Part shown: positions 12,285-24,939 of the stretch, piece after piece
Numbering within the stretch: position 1 is the stretch's first letter
How the letters are laid out: each line of letters starts with the position of its first letter
Origin: Octopus vulgaris
Taxonomy: Eukaryota
Assembly: GCA_951406725.2 (NCBI GenBank)
Contig: OX597814.1
Span: 173,786,001-173,850,000 of the forward strand
Direction: 5' to 3'
Length of the DNA stretch: 64,000 bases
Made by a program: the position numbers and the translations under genes
Notes under the pieces: generated by a model
Told to the model about the DNA's origin: nothing
What the model saw: only the letters and a program-made list of their open reading frames with translations
Database searches by the model: none

Positions 12285-12954
12285 AAAATGTTTATAGAAA
12301 AACACCAGTATTCCTTGTTGTAGTGCCAATTTAAATTTTCGGAGTGGTTGGCGTTAGGAAGGGCATCCAGCTGTAGAAACTCTTCCAGATCAAGATTGGA
12401 GCCTGGCGCAGCCATCTGGTTCGCCAGTCCTCAGTCAAATCGTCCAACCCATGCTAGCATGGAAAGCGGACATTAAACGATGATGATGATGATTGTCTAT
12501 TTATGTTGGTAAATTAAATAAACTTCATTATTATAGAAGAAATCATCATCATTTTCAGTGTCCACTTTTTCCATGTTTGTATGGATCAGAGTTTACTGAG
12601 GCAGCTTTTCTACAGCCAAATGCCCTTCCTGATACCAGCCTTCACCTGTTTCCAAACAAGGTAATGTCTCCTAATGACCAGATATGTTTTTGCAGAATAA
12701 TAGAAATGAATGACACTATTTGTATGACAGTGACGCTCATAAACAACTATCACACACTCACTTTCACATATATATACATATATGGCAAGCTTCTTTCAGT
12801 TTCTATCAACCAGATCTACTCATAAGGCTTCAGTTGGTCCAGAGTTGTAGTAGAAGACACTTACCTAACACACCTTGCAAAGGGACTAAACTTGAAATCA
12901 TGTGGTTGGGAAACTAACTTCTTAGCCTCACAGCCACACCTGCATTATGAGCTG

Positions 12955-13290
12955 AGACCCCCTTCGGTCATGAATGACTATGGGATTGCACCTAGAAAGT
13001 TACCCTCCCAGGCACAAGTCCAGGCAAGGTTGTTTATGGAAGACCAGCAGTCGCCCATGTATACTGGTGTCGCCTCTCCGTGCCACCAGTGTTATCCAAG
13101 GGAAAGGCAACAGCAGATACAGCTTGGCACCTGTGACATTGCAACTCATTTCTACAGCTGAGTGAACTGGAGCAACGTGAAATAAAGTGTCTTGTTCAAG
13201 AACACAACATGCAGCCCGGTCCGGAATTCGAACTCACAACCTCATGATCGTAAGCTCGACACTCTAACCACTGAGCCATGCACCTTCACA
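12955..13290 (-). mobile_element. tRNA-derived SINE family A variant
   Basis: Reverse complement of gaaggtgcatggctcagtggttagag...; homologous plus-strand copy at 62232-62525. Confidence 0.8.
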
Positions 13291-13359
13291 CTTGCATTAT
13301 AATACACAACATATTTAGAAAGAATGTCGTTTCATCATCACCACCTATCAACATTGCAA

Positions 13360-14080
13360 TATTCTTTTCCACTCTAGGCACAAGGCCCGAAATTTTGCAG
13401 GAGGTGGGGGGGGGGGCAGTCAATTAGATCGACTCCAGTATGCAACTGGTACTTAATTTATTGAACTCAAAAGATGAAAGGCAAAGTCAACCTCAGCGGA
13501 ATTTGAACTCAGAACGTAACGGCAGACGAAATACCGCTAAGCATTTCACCCCATGTGCCAACATTTCTGCCAGCTCGCCACCTTCTCAACATTGCAATAT
13601 TGTCTCAATGATGAAGGCAGCAAGCTAGCAGAATCCTTAGCACACTAAGGCGGCGAGCTGGCAGAATCGTTGGCATGCCAGGCGAAATGCGTAGCCGTAT
13701 TTCGTCTGCCGTTACGTTGTGAGTTCAAATTCCGCCGAGGTCAACTTTGCTTTTCATCCTTTCGGGGTCGATAAATTAAGTACCAGTTACGCACTGGAGT
13801 CGATGTAATCGACCTAATCCCTTTGTCTGTCCTTATTTGTCCCCTCTATGTTTAGCCCCTTGTGGGCATTAAAGAAATAAGAATCCTTAGCACACTAGGC
13901 AAAATGCTTAGTGGTATTTTGTCCATCATTACGTTCTGAGTTCAAATTCTGTCATGGTTAACTTTGCCTTTCATCTTTTCAGGATTGACAAAATAACTAC
14001 CTATCATGTACTGGGGTCAAAGAAATTGACTTTCCCCCTCCTTCAAGATTATTGGGCTTGTGCCAAAATTTGAAACCAAT
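13360..14080. mobile_element. Nested cluster of SINE family N (Nin/Deu-like central domain)
   Basis: ggcggcgagctggcagaa...gagttcaaattccgccgagg...tttcatcctttcggggtcgataaa. The inner copy is flanked by the duplicated agaatccttagcacacta. Confidence 0.85.
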
Positions 14081-14154
14081 ATTGTCTCAATGATCACTTT
14101 ATGCACATCCCCATTTTCTCAAGAATAGTGAACTTTTAATCTCAGTCTCAGTTA

Positions 14155-14581
14155 AGCTTGCTTCCCAACCACATGGTTCGGGGTTCAGTCCCACTGCATG
14201 GCAGCTTCAGCAAATGTTTTCTACTACAGCCTCAGGCCGACCAAAGCCTTGTAAGTGGATCTAATAGACAGAAACTTAAAGAAGCCCATCATATGTATAT
14301 ATAATTTTTTTTTTTTTCATAATGAGATAACAAAAACCAAGGCTGAGTAGATTTTATAAATGTTCTAAAATCTACTCAGCCTTGGTTTTTACGAAAAAAC
14401 AAAAAACAAAAATATACACATGCTGATATATAACCAATGTTAAACCCCTTATTCGCAAAATCACGGAACTTGGAACTTAACTATGGTCTATCTATAGCAC
14501 TTATTCAGCATTACCTGACACCTTTGGGTCTCAATGACACCATTACCTCTCATAACCTCCATTTCCCTTTATATATATATC

Positions 14582-14628
<47 letters not shown>

Positions 14629-14860
14629 TTATATGTGTGTGTGTCTGTGTTTCTCTGATCCGCCCCTTCCCCACGTCATTGCTTGACAACCGATGTTGGT
14701 GTGTTTATGTTCCCATAACTTGGCAGTTTGGCAAAAGAGACCGACAGAATAAGTACTAGGCTTACAAAGAATATGTCCTGGGGGCAATTTCTTTGACTGA
14801 AACCTGTTATGGCAGTGCTCCAGTATGGTTGCAGTTAAATGACTGAAACAAGTAAAAGAG
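14155..14860 (+). mobile_element. tRNA-derived SINE family V with an insertion in its internal (TA)n
   Basis: caaccacatggttc...gccgaccaaagccttg...gaagccc...ggcagtgctccagtatgg...gactgaaacaagtaaaag. Confidence 0.8.
14332..14390. repeat. Perfect 25-bp hairpin, 9-nt loop
   Basis: aaaaaccaaggctgagtagatttta-taaatgttc-taaaatctactcagccttggttttt. Confidence 0.95.
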
Positions 14861-14947
14861 TATTGTCATTTTCACAAGAATAATAAATTTTTATTTTCTA
14901 TTAATTTTTCCACTGGAAATACATTTGAAATATAAAACATTCTGTAT

Positions 14948-15174
14948 TTAACCCATTAGTGTTTAAACTGGCCATATCAGGCCAAATTTGTCTTACTGTT
15001 TTATGCTCAAACCAGCCAGCTCTGACCTCTCATACCTACTCTACAAAGTCATTCTAAAAATAAACAGGGACATCATCAAAATCTCAGAGTTACAAGATGC
15101 TGTACAATTAATCTAAAACAATGTGATTAAAGAGGCTTTACATTTGACAGAGTAATCTGAATGCTAAAGGGTTA
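14948..15174 (+). mobile_element. TTAA-type MITE
   Basis: ttaacccattagtgttt ... aatgctaaagggttaa. Confidence 0.8.
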
Positions 15175-15808
15175 AGTTATCCTATCTTTTATATGAAGTG
15201 ATTCAGGAACAAAACCACTGGAAGACAAAAAAAAAGGAAAGGAATAACAGAAAGAAGTTGGAATGATACACAAAGCGATTCCAGCACAAAGTAAACAACT
15301 AACCAGAAAGTCATGTCAGCTCTTCCTGTTGCCCAATAACATTGCACTTAAACACACGAAAGTTAGGAAAAAAAATATATGGCCATCATGAGAACCAATC
15401 AAAATGCTTCAGAAAAAGTTGTCAAGCAGGCTGGAAATAAGATAACAAAATACAAATTTCTGTGTAAAGCTTACAGCATGAAATTTTTTCACCCAAAAAC
15501 ATAATACCACCATGGGATCTGTCCTGTTTCAAATGCATCATAAAATACAATGGAAATTATTAAATACAGTCATTATATATCATGTAACAATGTGTGTGTA
15601 TGTGCATATTTAAGTGTTTATGCATAAACTCCATTTATTTATTTATATATTATACAAAAAATTCCACGTAAACCCGAAGTTTCTACCTTTAAAAACAAGG
15701 AGTTACAACCCCTTTACTTGTGTGATTTTTTTGCTACCCTGGTAACTATTTATCTATTTTTTCCGTGTTAATTGTTAACAAGGGAAAAATACACTCATCT
15801 GTTTATAA

Positions 15809-15859
<51 letters not shown>

Positions 15860-16102
15860 CATATCCTTTAAGGGATTTTATTTTGCAAGTACATGGTGAC
15901 AATACTAGTAGTGGTGGGGTGCATGAAAAAAATTGCCTATTGCACTCTGTAAAGTGGTTAGTGTTAGAAGAGTATCTACCTGTAGAAACCATCCCAAAGC
16001 TGGCATTGGAGCTCAGTGCAGTTCTCTGGCTTGCTGGTCTTGTTGAACCATCCAACCCATGCTAAGATATATGTAATTTATGTGTATATATATATATATA
16101 TG

Positions 16103-16299
16103 GCTTATGGCCATATCACATTGAAAGCTCTGGTTCTTGTCTGATCACCAAAGTTAAGCAACGTCGAGCCTAGTCAGTACTTAAATGGATGACCGCTTGG
16201 GAAACCTACGTGCAGCAAGCATAGCACATTGTTAATGGCAGTGCCTCAGCAAGGCCACAGCTCGTGAGCTGAAACTAGATAAAATAAAAAATATAAAAT
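16103..16299 (+). mobile_element. 5S rRNA-derived SINE (SINE3-type) or 5S pseudogene with SINE tail
   Basis: 16103-16221 is a full-length diverged 5S (ccatatcacattgaaa...gatcaccaaagttaagcaacgtcgagcc...agtactt..atgg.tgaccgc.tgggaa). It is followed by ggcagtgcctcagcaaggccacag...ctgaaacta and an A-rich tail. Confidence 0.85.
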
Positions 16300-16529
16300 G
16301 AATATATATGTATATATAGGTCAACATTCCTCTCTGATTGGAATGTTAGTCTGTTACAGGGTTACCCATTCACAGCTGTGTGAATTGGAGTGACATCAAA
16401 TGAAGTGTTTTGATTAAGAACACAATATGCTGCCCAGTCCGGGAATCAAACTCACAACCTGACAATTGTTAGTGTAATACCCTAACCACTGGGCTATGTG
16501 CTCTCACACACCATATATATTTATGCGTG

Positions 16530-16970
16530 ACCATGGCTCACAGGACGGCCTGCTGTGCTAACCTTGGATCGTAGAGTGACCCGCCATTCTTGAGTAGCCC
16601 TATTGAGTACGTTAACACCAACATCAAAATGAAAATCAAATGGAAATTGTAGTTAAGATACCTGTGCCGGTGACACGTTAAAAGCACCATCCGAACGTGG
16701 CAGTTGCCAGCACTGCCTGACTGGCGTCCGTGTCGGTGACACGTAAAACCACCAACCGATCATGGCCGTTTGCCTGCCTCCTCTGGCCCCTGTGCCTGTG
16801 GCACGTAAAAAGCACCCATGACACTCACGGAGTGGTTGACATTAGGAAGGGCATCCAGCTGTAGAAACACTGCCAGATCAGACTGGAGCCTGGTGCAGCC
16901 TCCTGACTTCCCAGACCCCGGTCGAACCGTCCAACCCATGCCAGCATGGAAAATGGACGTTAAACGATGA
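16530..16970 (+). mobile_element. SINE family R, long copy
   Basis: Internal tandem ggcacgtaaaaagcacc units, family core, gttaaacgatga end; similar long copy at 56710-57257. Confidence 0.85.
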
Positions 16971-17439
16971 TATATATATATATATATATATATGCATAAA
17001 ATAATTTATCTTTATATATAGGCATATATATATCTATGCATTATATATAGAGATATAGATAGATAAGTAGGTAGGTACGTACATACATAAGGAGGCAGGC
17101 ATATTGACATACACATTAATATAGACTGAGATATAAATATAGATAAAGATATATGTATATACACTTGTGTATGTATATATGCATTTATTTATATTTCTAT
17201 CTATATGTGTATATATATATATAAACATAAACACACACACACACACACATATGAACAAATTTTATAAGTTAAGCTTTAAAATTCTTCTGTCTAATGTGCC
17301 TAATTTAGCCTCTATTAAGTCAACTACAAATCGCTCTTGATAGAATTTGAACTCAGAATGTAATGACAGACAAAATGCTACTAAGCATTTTGCCTAGCAT
17401 GCTAATGATTCTGCCAGCTTGCCACCTATGATTGAGTTA

Positions 17440-17950
17440 TAATAATAATAATGAAGTTATTGTATACAGTGCTCAGGTGCACCACAACTTGTCAAAAGTG
17501 CATATAAAGCATATGCAGTAATGTACAAATGTCTGGAAAGTGAACAGTGTATGAGTCAGATACATGCTTACATGTGTATGGAGGGGAGAACATCAGGTGT
17601 AGTGTTGGCGAATCTCAGGAAGTTTTGAAGGATGCAGTCCTCCGACAACTAACAACTGATGCCGGCAGTTTGTTCCATACTTCAGCAACTCTTAGCATGA
17701 AAAATGTTTCCAAAAGTCATGGGTGCTGTGCTGTTTTCTGACTTTGTAAATATGTCCATGGGTGTTAGACAGGTGGAGTTTGAAAAGTTGCTCAGAGTTA
17801 TTGTTCGTAAGATGGTTAATAATTTTATGGGTGTCTGCCAAGTCAGCTGCCAGACGTCGGAGTTTCAATGTATCAATGCCCAGGGAAGTAGGTGTTCAGA
17901 ATATCGCAAATGCCTGATGGAGGGTATTCTCTTGGGTGCACATTGCTGAA
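17440..17950 (-). mobile_element. CR1-like LINE 3' fragment
   Basis: Minus strand encodes FFMLRVAEVWNKLPASVVS and a KRIPSIRHLRYSE-like segment; (tta)n tail. Confidence 0.8.
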
Positions 17951-18475
17951 CAGTTAGTATATTAGTGGTGGTACTAATAGTAAAAATGTGTGGAGGTGCA
18001 TGGCTTAGTGGTTAGGGTATTGAACTCATGATTGTAAGGTTGTAGTTTTGATTCTTGAACTGAACGACACATTGTATTCTTGAGCAACACTCTTTATTTC
18101 ACATTGCTTCAGTTCACTCAGCTAACAAAAATGAGTAATCTTGTGATGGCCCAATATCCTCTCCAGGTGGGGAATATATATACACCATGGAAACCAGGAA
18201 ACTGGCTTTATGAGTCTATATGACTTGGGAAAGAACTTATCTTTTACCACTTTCTACTATAGGAAAAGCCCTGAAATTTTGGGAAGAGGGGGAAATCAAA
18301 TACTTCAACCTCAGTGTTCAAGCCTGAAAGTCAAACTTGGAATTTGAACTCAGAATGTGAATATGGTTGAAATTCTGCTAAGCATTTTTCTATGTATATA
18401 TGTATGTATGAATGGAGGGATTGATACAGTTTTCTGCTGAATTATGTTGTATATATATATATATATATATACAGG

Positions 18476-18888
18476 CAGTGATGGATTAACCATTAAGCGA
18501 AAAAAGCATGTGCTTAGGGCATCAAGGGAAGGAGGGGGCACCACAGAAATGGTAAATGATTTACGGCACTAAAGAAATCCCTTTAAACTTGCTAAAATAA
18601 TATTTGGGATGCCTTTATCTCTACTAAGGATAGATGCAGATGTGTTACCTAAGATTAATTTTGAGGATCTGATCAAAGACTTTGCAATTCAAAAATGTAG
18701 GAGGAAACTTTTTAAATATAAATAATGTGGAAGTATACAAAAATAAACATTATTTTTCCTCTTACTGTTTTGTTTCGTTTTGAAAAGATAAAAATTTATT
18801 TTATGGTTTGTTATTGTTTATATTTTGAATTACATAATCTTTTATCTTTTAAGTGCTTAGGGCCTCAATAGGTCTTAATCCGGCCCTC
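18476..18888 (+). mobile_element. Internally deleted hAT (Tip100-like) element
   Basis: Ends cagtgatggattaa / ttaatccggccct; residual C-terminus LSLLRIDADVLPKINFEDLIKDFAIQKCRRKLF. Confidence 0.75.
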
Positions 18889-18892
18889 TATA

Positions 18893-19749
18893 CTGCGTGT
18901 GATGAATAAACTGTCATCTAAATTATGCGAAAATGAAAATAACACTGACATCTCATTTTAACAGATATATTTACCAAAATTACATAAAAATATCTTGAAA
19001 TACTAAAGAGTAAATTTATTCAATAAAATCGCCATTGGCTTCAACCACAGCCTCCAGAAGACTTCAGAATCTCCTGCAACTCTTCTGGATGGTTTCCTTG
19101 CCTAAGTTGGTGAATGCTGCCATAATCCTTGCCTTCGGTTCATCTTTAGTTTTACGAGGAGTTTTGTTGGTCTCTCGCTCAACTGTGCCCCATACATAAT
19201 AATGAAGAGGTTTGCAGTTAGGTGGTCAGATGTTAGGGTTGATGTGTGATTGCAAAAATTGTCTGACAGTCATGACTGGGTTCTCTTGCTTGTGTGGCAT
19301 GGTGCAGAGTCCTGTTGCCAGACACAGAGTGTTCCAGCAGCCACCCTCTTGACTCAGGGTAGCACTACCATCTCTAGGCATTTGATGTAGGATTTCGTGT
19401 TGAGTGTGAGACTGTGTGGGAAGATGAATGGAAGCATAACATCGCCATCACTCCAAACACCTTAATGCTGACTGGATGTTTTATTTTTATTATTCTTGGT
19501 ACATGTCCTCAGATTGACACCCAAGCACTCTGAAATGTTTGTATTGGAGTTTCTAGCGCAAATGTCAAGCAGTACAGCATATTGTTTCTAAATTTCTGGC
19601 TGAGTGAATTGCATCATGGTGCTGTTTTTCTCACAGGTGGTACCCAACTGATCCTACTATCCTGTGTAGTCAACAAAATCAAAAACAAACAATGCACCAT
19701 GTGTAAAATTGAAAATATAAAATGGCAACAATTTACACATCACGTCCTG
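18893..19749 (-). mobile_element. Defective DD37D (maT) Tc1/mariner element
   Basis: Reverse-complement homolog of 24940-25808, TA-flanked, with a WQQDSAPCHTS motif. Confidence 0.85.
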
Positions 19750-19755
19750 TATATA

Positions 19756-19795
<40 letters not shown>

Positions 19796-20489
19796 CAACA
19801 GCTCCTATTTTATTATGTTAGCTACACCCTAATAATACCAAATTATATATATGTATATACATGTATATAATCTTTTTGTATACATTGTAGCAAGACTCAA
19901 ATCTGAGTCAAATTGCCATGTTAAAATCATGGCATAGCAACAGTTTATTCATGTGAGCAACTGAGTTATGGATCAATTAGCAGCTAAATATGATGTGTTA
20001 GATCATTCTAGGAGCTTCCAGAATATTCTTCTTACAAGGCTTTTGAATAGGCACATTTTGAGTACAAACTTCGACTGGGCAAGTCATCGCTCTTACTAGG
20101 CACATTTGCAAAATTTATCTCACACTTCACCTCACACCATTGTGTGTGGCAGCCTGCAGCTCAGCTATCCACATATTCTCTTACTAATTTTGAAAATCAT
20201 TTATCACAGCTTTTATTCAACTTTGATATGCTGTCACAGTTGGCCAATATCAGTCTATGTATATTTTCTCTTGACTTGGCAGCCTAGTTACAGAGCCTTC
20301 TTAATCGACTATTTGTAAGAGCTACAGAATTATTCTTTGCAGTGTATAAACTTTGTTGTTGCAATTTCTAATGACCAACACAAAAAAATTATCTGTGCAG
20401 TGAAATAAAATTCTGTTAATTGTTCGCGAGCTATTGTTACATCATTTACATGCACCACATACACATTTCCTTGCAACAACATCAAATTA

Positions 20490-21376
20490 CAAGGTGATAT
20501 CAAAAAGTTCCTGGAATAGTTCTGTAACATGCCTACAGATGGCAGCACACAGTTGCATGTGCAGTGAGAGCTAGCAGTGCCCTTCATGAGGCAGCGTGCC
20601 AAATGACATCGCTGTGTTTACTTCGCAAGTTATGAAATTTGTGTTTTTGTGATCATGTGTATGGTGTAGTCTGCGATTTTTGTCACGGACAGGAACAAGA
20701 AGCAAACATGAAATTTTGTGTTACACTTGGGAAGTCTGCTACAGAGACATTGAGCATGCTTCAGCAAGCTTATGGTGATGAGGCAATGGGTTGTATGCAA
20801 TGTTTTGAGTGGTACAGGCGCTTTAAAAGTGGAAGAACATCCCTGAAAGACCTGCCACAAGCGTCATCCCCAGAAATGTGGTATTGTGCATCGAGAATTC
20901 ATCCCCCAGGGCCAGACCATCAATCAAGATTTCTACTGCAACATTTTGAAGTGTTTGAAGAAGGACATTCGGCGAACCAGATCTGTGGAGTGCGAAGAAT
21001 CGAATTCTTCAAGACGACAACCCACCCAGTCAATGAGCACCCCTCGTGAGTTTCTCACCAAAAACAACATGACATCGTTTCTGCACCCACTCTATTCACT
21101 AGATTTAGCATCTTTGGACTTACGTCTCTTCCACAAGATGAACATACAGCTCAAAGATCACCATTTTAAAACCGTTGTTGAGATCCATCGTAAATTAGGG
21201 AATGTCCTTGACTCTCTTATGGAAAACGACTTCTAGGCCGGATTCCAAAAGCAGCAGGAACGCTGGAACTGGTGTAGTGATGCGCAAGGTGATTATTTCG
21301 AAGGAGATGCTGTGAAAATTTACGTAAATAAGTTGTTTTTACATATCTAGTCCCAGAACTTTTTCATACAACCTTG
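20490..21376 (+). mobile_element. Internally deleted mariner transposon
   Basis: TA|caaggtgatatcaaaaagttc ... gaactttttcatacaaccttg|TA. Transposase fragments NMKFCVTLGKSATETLSMLQQAYGD, EWYRRFKSGR, EFIPQGQTIN and HPLYSLDLA are frameshifted. Confidence 0.92.
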
Positions 21377-21620
21377 TACATTGCCCATTGTGTCTTGAAA
21401 TGACTGAGACTTAATAGACTAATGAAATATTAAAGGAAATACATGAATAAACGTTATAGATTTAAGAAGTATCGAATGTTAGAAAACGGTGACATTTAAA
21501 AGTACATTGGTTGTGATGTAAAGTCCTAATATTTGTGCTAACGGCTCCAGGTTAAAATTCTAGTCAGCAGAAAAGAAATTGTTCAAAAGTTCATATTTTC
21601 CACTTTATTTTTATTACCGA

Positions 21621-21990
21621 CTAGCAGTATCGCCCGGCGTTGCTCGGGTTTGTAAGGGAAATAACTATAAAGCATTTTTGGAGAGTTATAGCCAAAAAAT
21701 GCATTAAAAATGGAAAAAAAATTATGGTAAATTTTTTTAAATCGTTGACTCATCGTAGACATTTTTAGAGAGTTACTTCCCTTATATTTAAAAAATATGC
21801 ATTAAAATGGAAAAAAATGATGGTAAATTATTTTTAAAATCGTAGACGCGCGCTAATACCCAGAAGGGATTGATATGAATCACGACTATAAGATACCCGG
21901 TTTTGGTTAAACTGCACCGCAAAATGTGGGAGTAGTTAGGAATCTAAATCGGAGTAGACAGACACACAACCTTTCTTTTATATATAAAGA
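21621..21990 (-). mobile_element. Non-autonomous Helitron-type element
   Basis: Minus strand starts A|TCttta, ends with the hairpin cccgagcaacgccggg then CTAG|T; no TSD. Confidence 0.85.
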
Positions 21991-23039
21991 TTATAATATT
22001 CTTTAACTTACTTTCTCTCACTTTGTATAGGTCATTTTATGTACATAAATCGAGGGATAGACACATGGTTCCCGATAGATATGGAAACAATAAATTCCAA
22101 ATTACATGCATGCATAAACATACACACACATACATAGACTCTCTCTCTCTCTCTCTTTCTCTTCGATAATTCGTTTACTTTGAATGAATTAAAACATTAA
22201 AGCCAAAAAGGAAAAAAAAAATAACTAGAGTTACTTCCCTTGAACAATTAAATAGACTAGACGTTATTTGCGTTTGACAAGTTCAGTTAACAACAATAGT
22301 AACATTTCTTGCTCAAGAGATTGTTATTATCCCTTTACATTTTTAATATAGATTTCTTTCACAGCTACATAAGGCCACAAATTTGGAACAGTGTTGTTTT
22401 TCTGATTTTTTTTTGTTGGTTAGTTCTAAAGCTAGGAGTTGAACCCATTTCTTTCTCAACCTCTCTGAGACCGGTGAGATAGACGCGGTTAATATTGGTT
22501 GACGACTGTGGTGGGGGGAAAAACATGGATACAAAAAGAATTCTAGTAGGATAACTTTGAAGAGAAGAACGGGACGTAGCAGTTTGTGCGGGGCCTTCCA
22601 AGTTGGCATAGTAATGGGAGACTAGTAGGCCGAGATTATCTGAATGTAGACTGTAGGAGCTCTGAGCAGCAAAGACCGTTGAAGTAGCAATGATAACAGA
22701 ACATATCACGAGGATTTGAGAATTTGTATCACCCCGAAAGATTGAAACGCTTATGAATGTCGGTTTTGAGGGTGGGGGTTAACATACAAATCATGGTCTT
22801 TATACATTGTTTCTATATTTTGTAATATCTTTTTTGTAGTTTTTTTTTTTTTTTTTTGTTTCATTTTGGTACGTCTCAAAATTCTTCATTCTTTTCTCTT
22901 CGGTGTTTTAATGCCCCCACTTTACTATTATCTCACTTCTGCTTCACGCTGGTCTGGTTGGATTTAACATTGGTGGTTTGTTGAAGGGGAAAAAATAAAA
23001 TAAAAATGAAAGTTTTGGGTTATGCGGCGGTGACCAAGA

Positions 23040-24265
23040 TACCTGAATGGTTAAACGATTGTTACATCCTGCCATCATTTCTCGTCCCGCTCCCAACCTC
23101 CTCCGTCACATTCTTGGGGAGTTAACTCGAATCCCCACCCCCTATCTCTTCTATCGTCAGATTCGGCCAGAATTAGTCCTGCTCATCCTTTTATTCACCC
23201 TACAACTCCCGTTGCAGCCAGCCTGCCGCCATCGCCCCCTGCCCACTCCCAGCTGAACCTCACCGCCAGTGTTAATGCTCTTCATCCAGCTCCCTCTCTA
23301 CATCCATCACTAGCTTTCCCCCCACCTCCACTTATTCACCTCACCTCTCCTACAACAGCCACCCTGCCTCCTGCACCCACCCGAGTCCCACCAGAGTTAA
23401 TACTGTTCACCCATCTACCCCCTCTACTTCCAGCGCCAATCTTCCACCACCACGATCGCCTCCCCATCTGAATTCTAATTCTAATGCCGACCCCACTGAT
23501 GCTGCCAGTTCACTTCCAAGCTGTATTTTCTGCACCCGTACAAGTTGCTATTTGGAGGCCATCAAATGCTACTTGTGGAGTCTAAGTTACCACAAGAGCT
23601 GCGTTGGCATTACTAAGGTTCAAGCCGAAAGGTTTTCAAACCGGACATGCAACTAATGCTACTCCAGCTCCGACATACTTAGGACAGAACCTTGTTCTAT
23701 TGTCCAGATCCCTGTTGAGGATATTGCTGTCGTCCTCTAGGGCTTGTCCAAGTAGAAGCTCGTCAACCGGATCACTAAGGGAGCTCGGACATGTTCCACC
23801 TATGTACCCTCGAAGCTGTTGAAGAATGTCTGCCTATCCAACAACACTTTGGATAGGCAGAAATTGTTCCTATTTCCTCTGGTCTCTCTCCACGTGGCGA
23901 ACGTGAATACTGGATCCCTCACATCTTCCCAAAAACAGCAGTTTCAGCTGTTCGAGTTCGACCCAACCACTGTTCATCTCAGGTCGGTGAGGGCACAACC
24001 CCGAACAATGGCTGACCATCTAACTTAAACAAGGCTGTTAATGTCAAATTCAGCGAATCTGACATTAAAGGGACTGTTCTCCTCCTCTCATCTCTGTCCT
24101 CTCTCTCCCAGCGTACCACAGACTGCTCAAAATGGGGAGTAGATAGACAGCCGACAACTGATGAAGGGTCCTTCGTATTACTTGTCGTTTTTTCTCTCGT
24201 TATTCGTGTATTTAACTCATTTGTTTTCGTATTTCATGTTTACTGTTGGTGACGTCCTGTACCCA
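23040..24265 (+). mobile_element. Decayed non-LTR retroelement remnant with PHD finger
   Basis: 23522-23659 translates CIFC..IKCYLWSLSYHKSCVG..RTCN*C (degenerate C4HC3). Downstream QKLFLFP..SL motif. The 3' end abuts (TA)n. Clade (CRE/RLE-like) is inferred. Confidence 0.6.
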
Positions 24266-24388
24266 TATATGTATGTATAAATATATATATATATATATAT
24301 AACATTCCTTTCTTAGTGGTAAGACCATAAGGGGTCGACTTCTAGCATAATGGATGTCCACTAAGTGGTCATCCCTCTTATATGTATG

Positions 24389-24458
<70 letters not shown>

Positions 24459-24462
<4 letters not shown>

Positions 24463-24652
24463 ATCCAAACATGAAAACACAAAGAGAAAACACATCAACG
24501 TGAGGACGTGGAACAAGTATAATGTCATTGGACGCTCAGGAAAGAAGGAGGGTTTAACGTTTCGAGCGGAGCTTTTCGTCAGAAACATAGGAAAAGGAAA
24601 GATCCAAAGAAGGGAAGACGGAGGGAAAAAATCGCCAATGGTACACACGCGG
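24459..24652 (-). mobile_element. Short (TA)n-inserted element carrying a hammerhead motif (Penelope-like/retrozyme-like fragment)
   Basis: Flanked by (TA)n on both sides; homologous to 32565-32762, with the same end tgtttgga(t/c)taac-(TA)n. Confidence 0.7.
24552..24586 (-). ncRNA. Minimal type-I hammerhead ribozyme motif
   Basis: GUUU-CUGACGA-A-AAGC-UCC-GCUC-GAAAC-GUU-AAAC: stem I GUUU/AAAC, intact core boxes, palindromic ACGU stem III, one stem II mismatch. Confidence 0.75.
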
Positions 24653-24939
24653 TATATATATATATATATATATAGTCAAATCGAAAAGTCGAACATTAAC
24701 AATAACCAACAAGAGGATGTGCACATGGAATGTATTAGTTTGATGCTCGGTAAAAAGAGAGAGTTTTTAACGTTTCGATTTGATTTATCTCATGCTCACA
24801 TGGACCTTCTACGTCCTTTCCGGCTGATTTGAAGTACTTGATTCATGGATTTTCTTACTCTACCCTTGGATTACGTTACCTTTAAATTTCTACGGATTAA
24901 GTTTCTGCGCGCACGCACGCACACACACACACATATGTA

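Noticed and set aside
16103-16221. Functional 5S rRNA gene
   Set aside because: Many substitutions, no oligo-T terminator, solitary, and fused to a SINE tail.
20639-21236. Active mariner transposase or SETMAR-like gene
   Set aside because: Internally deleted and frameshifted, with a degraded catalytic motif.
22343-22709. 114-aa and 88-aa minus-strand ORFs in unique sequence
   Set aside because: No recognisable domain or supported splice partners, and the longer ORF starts at GTG. The region remains unexplained.
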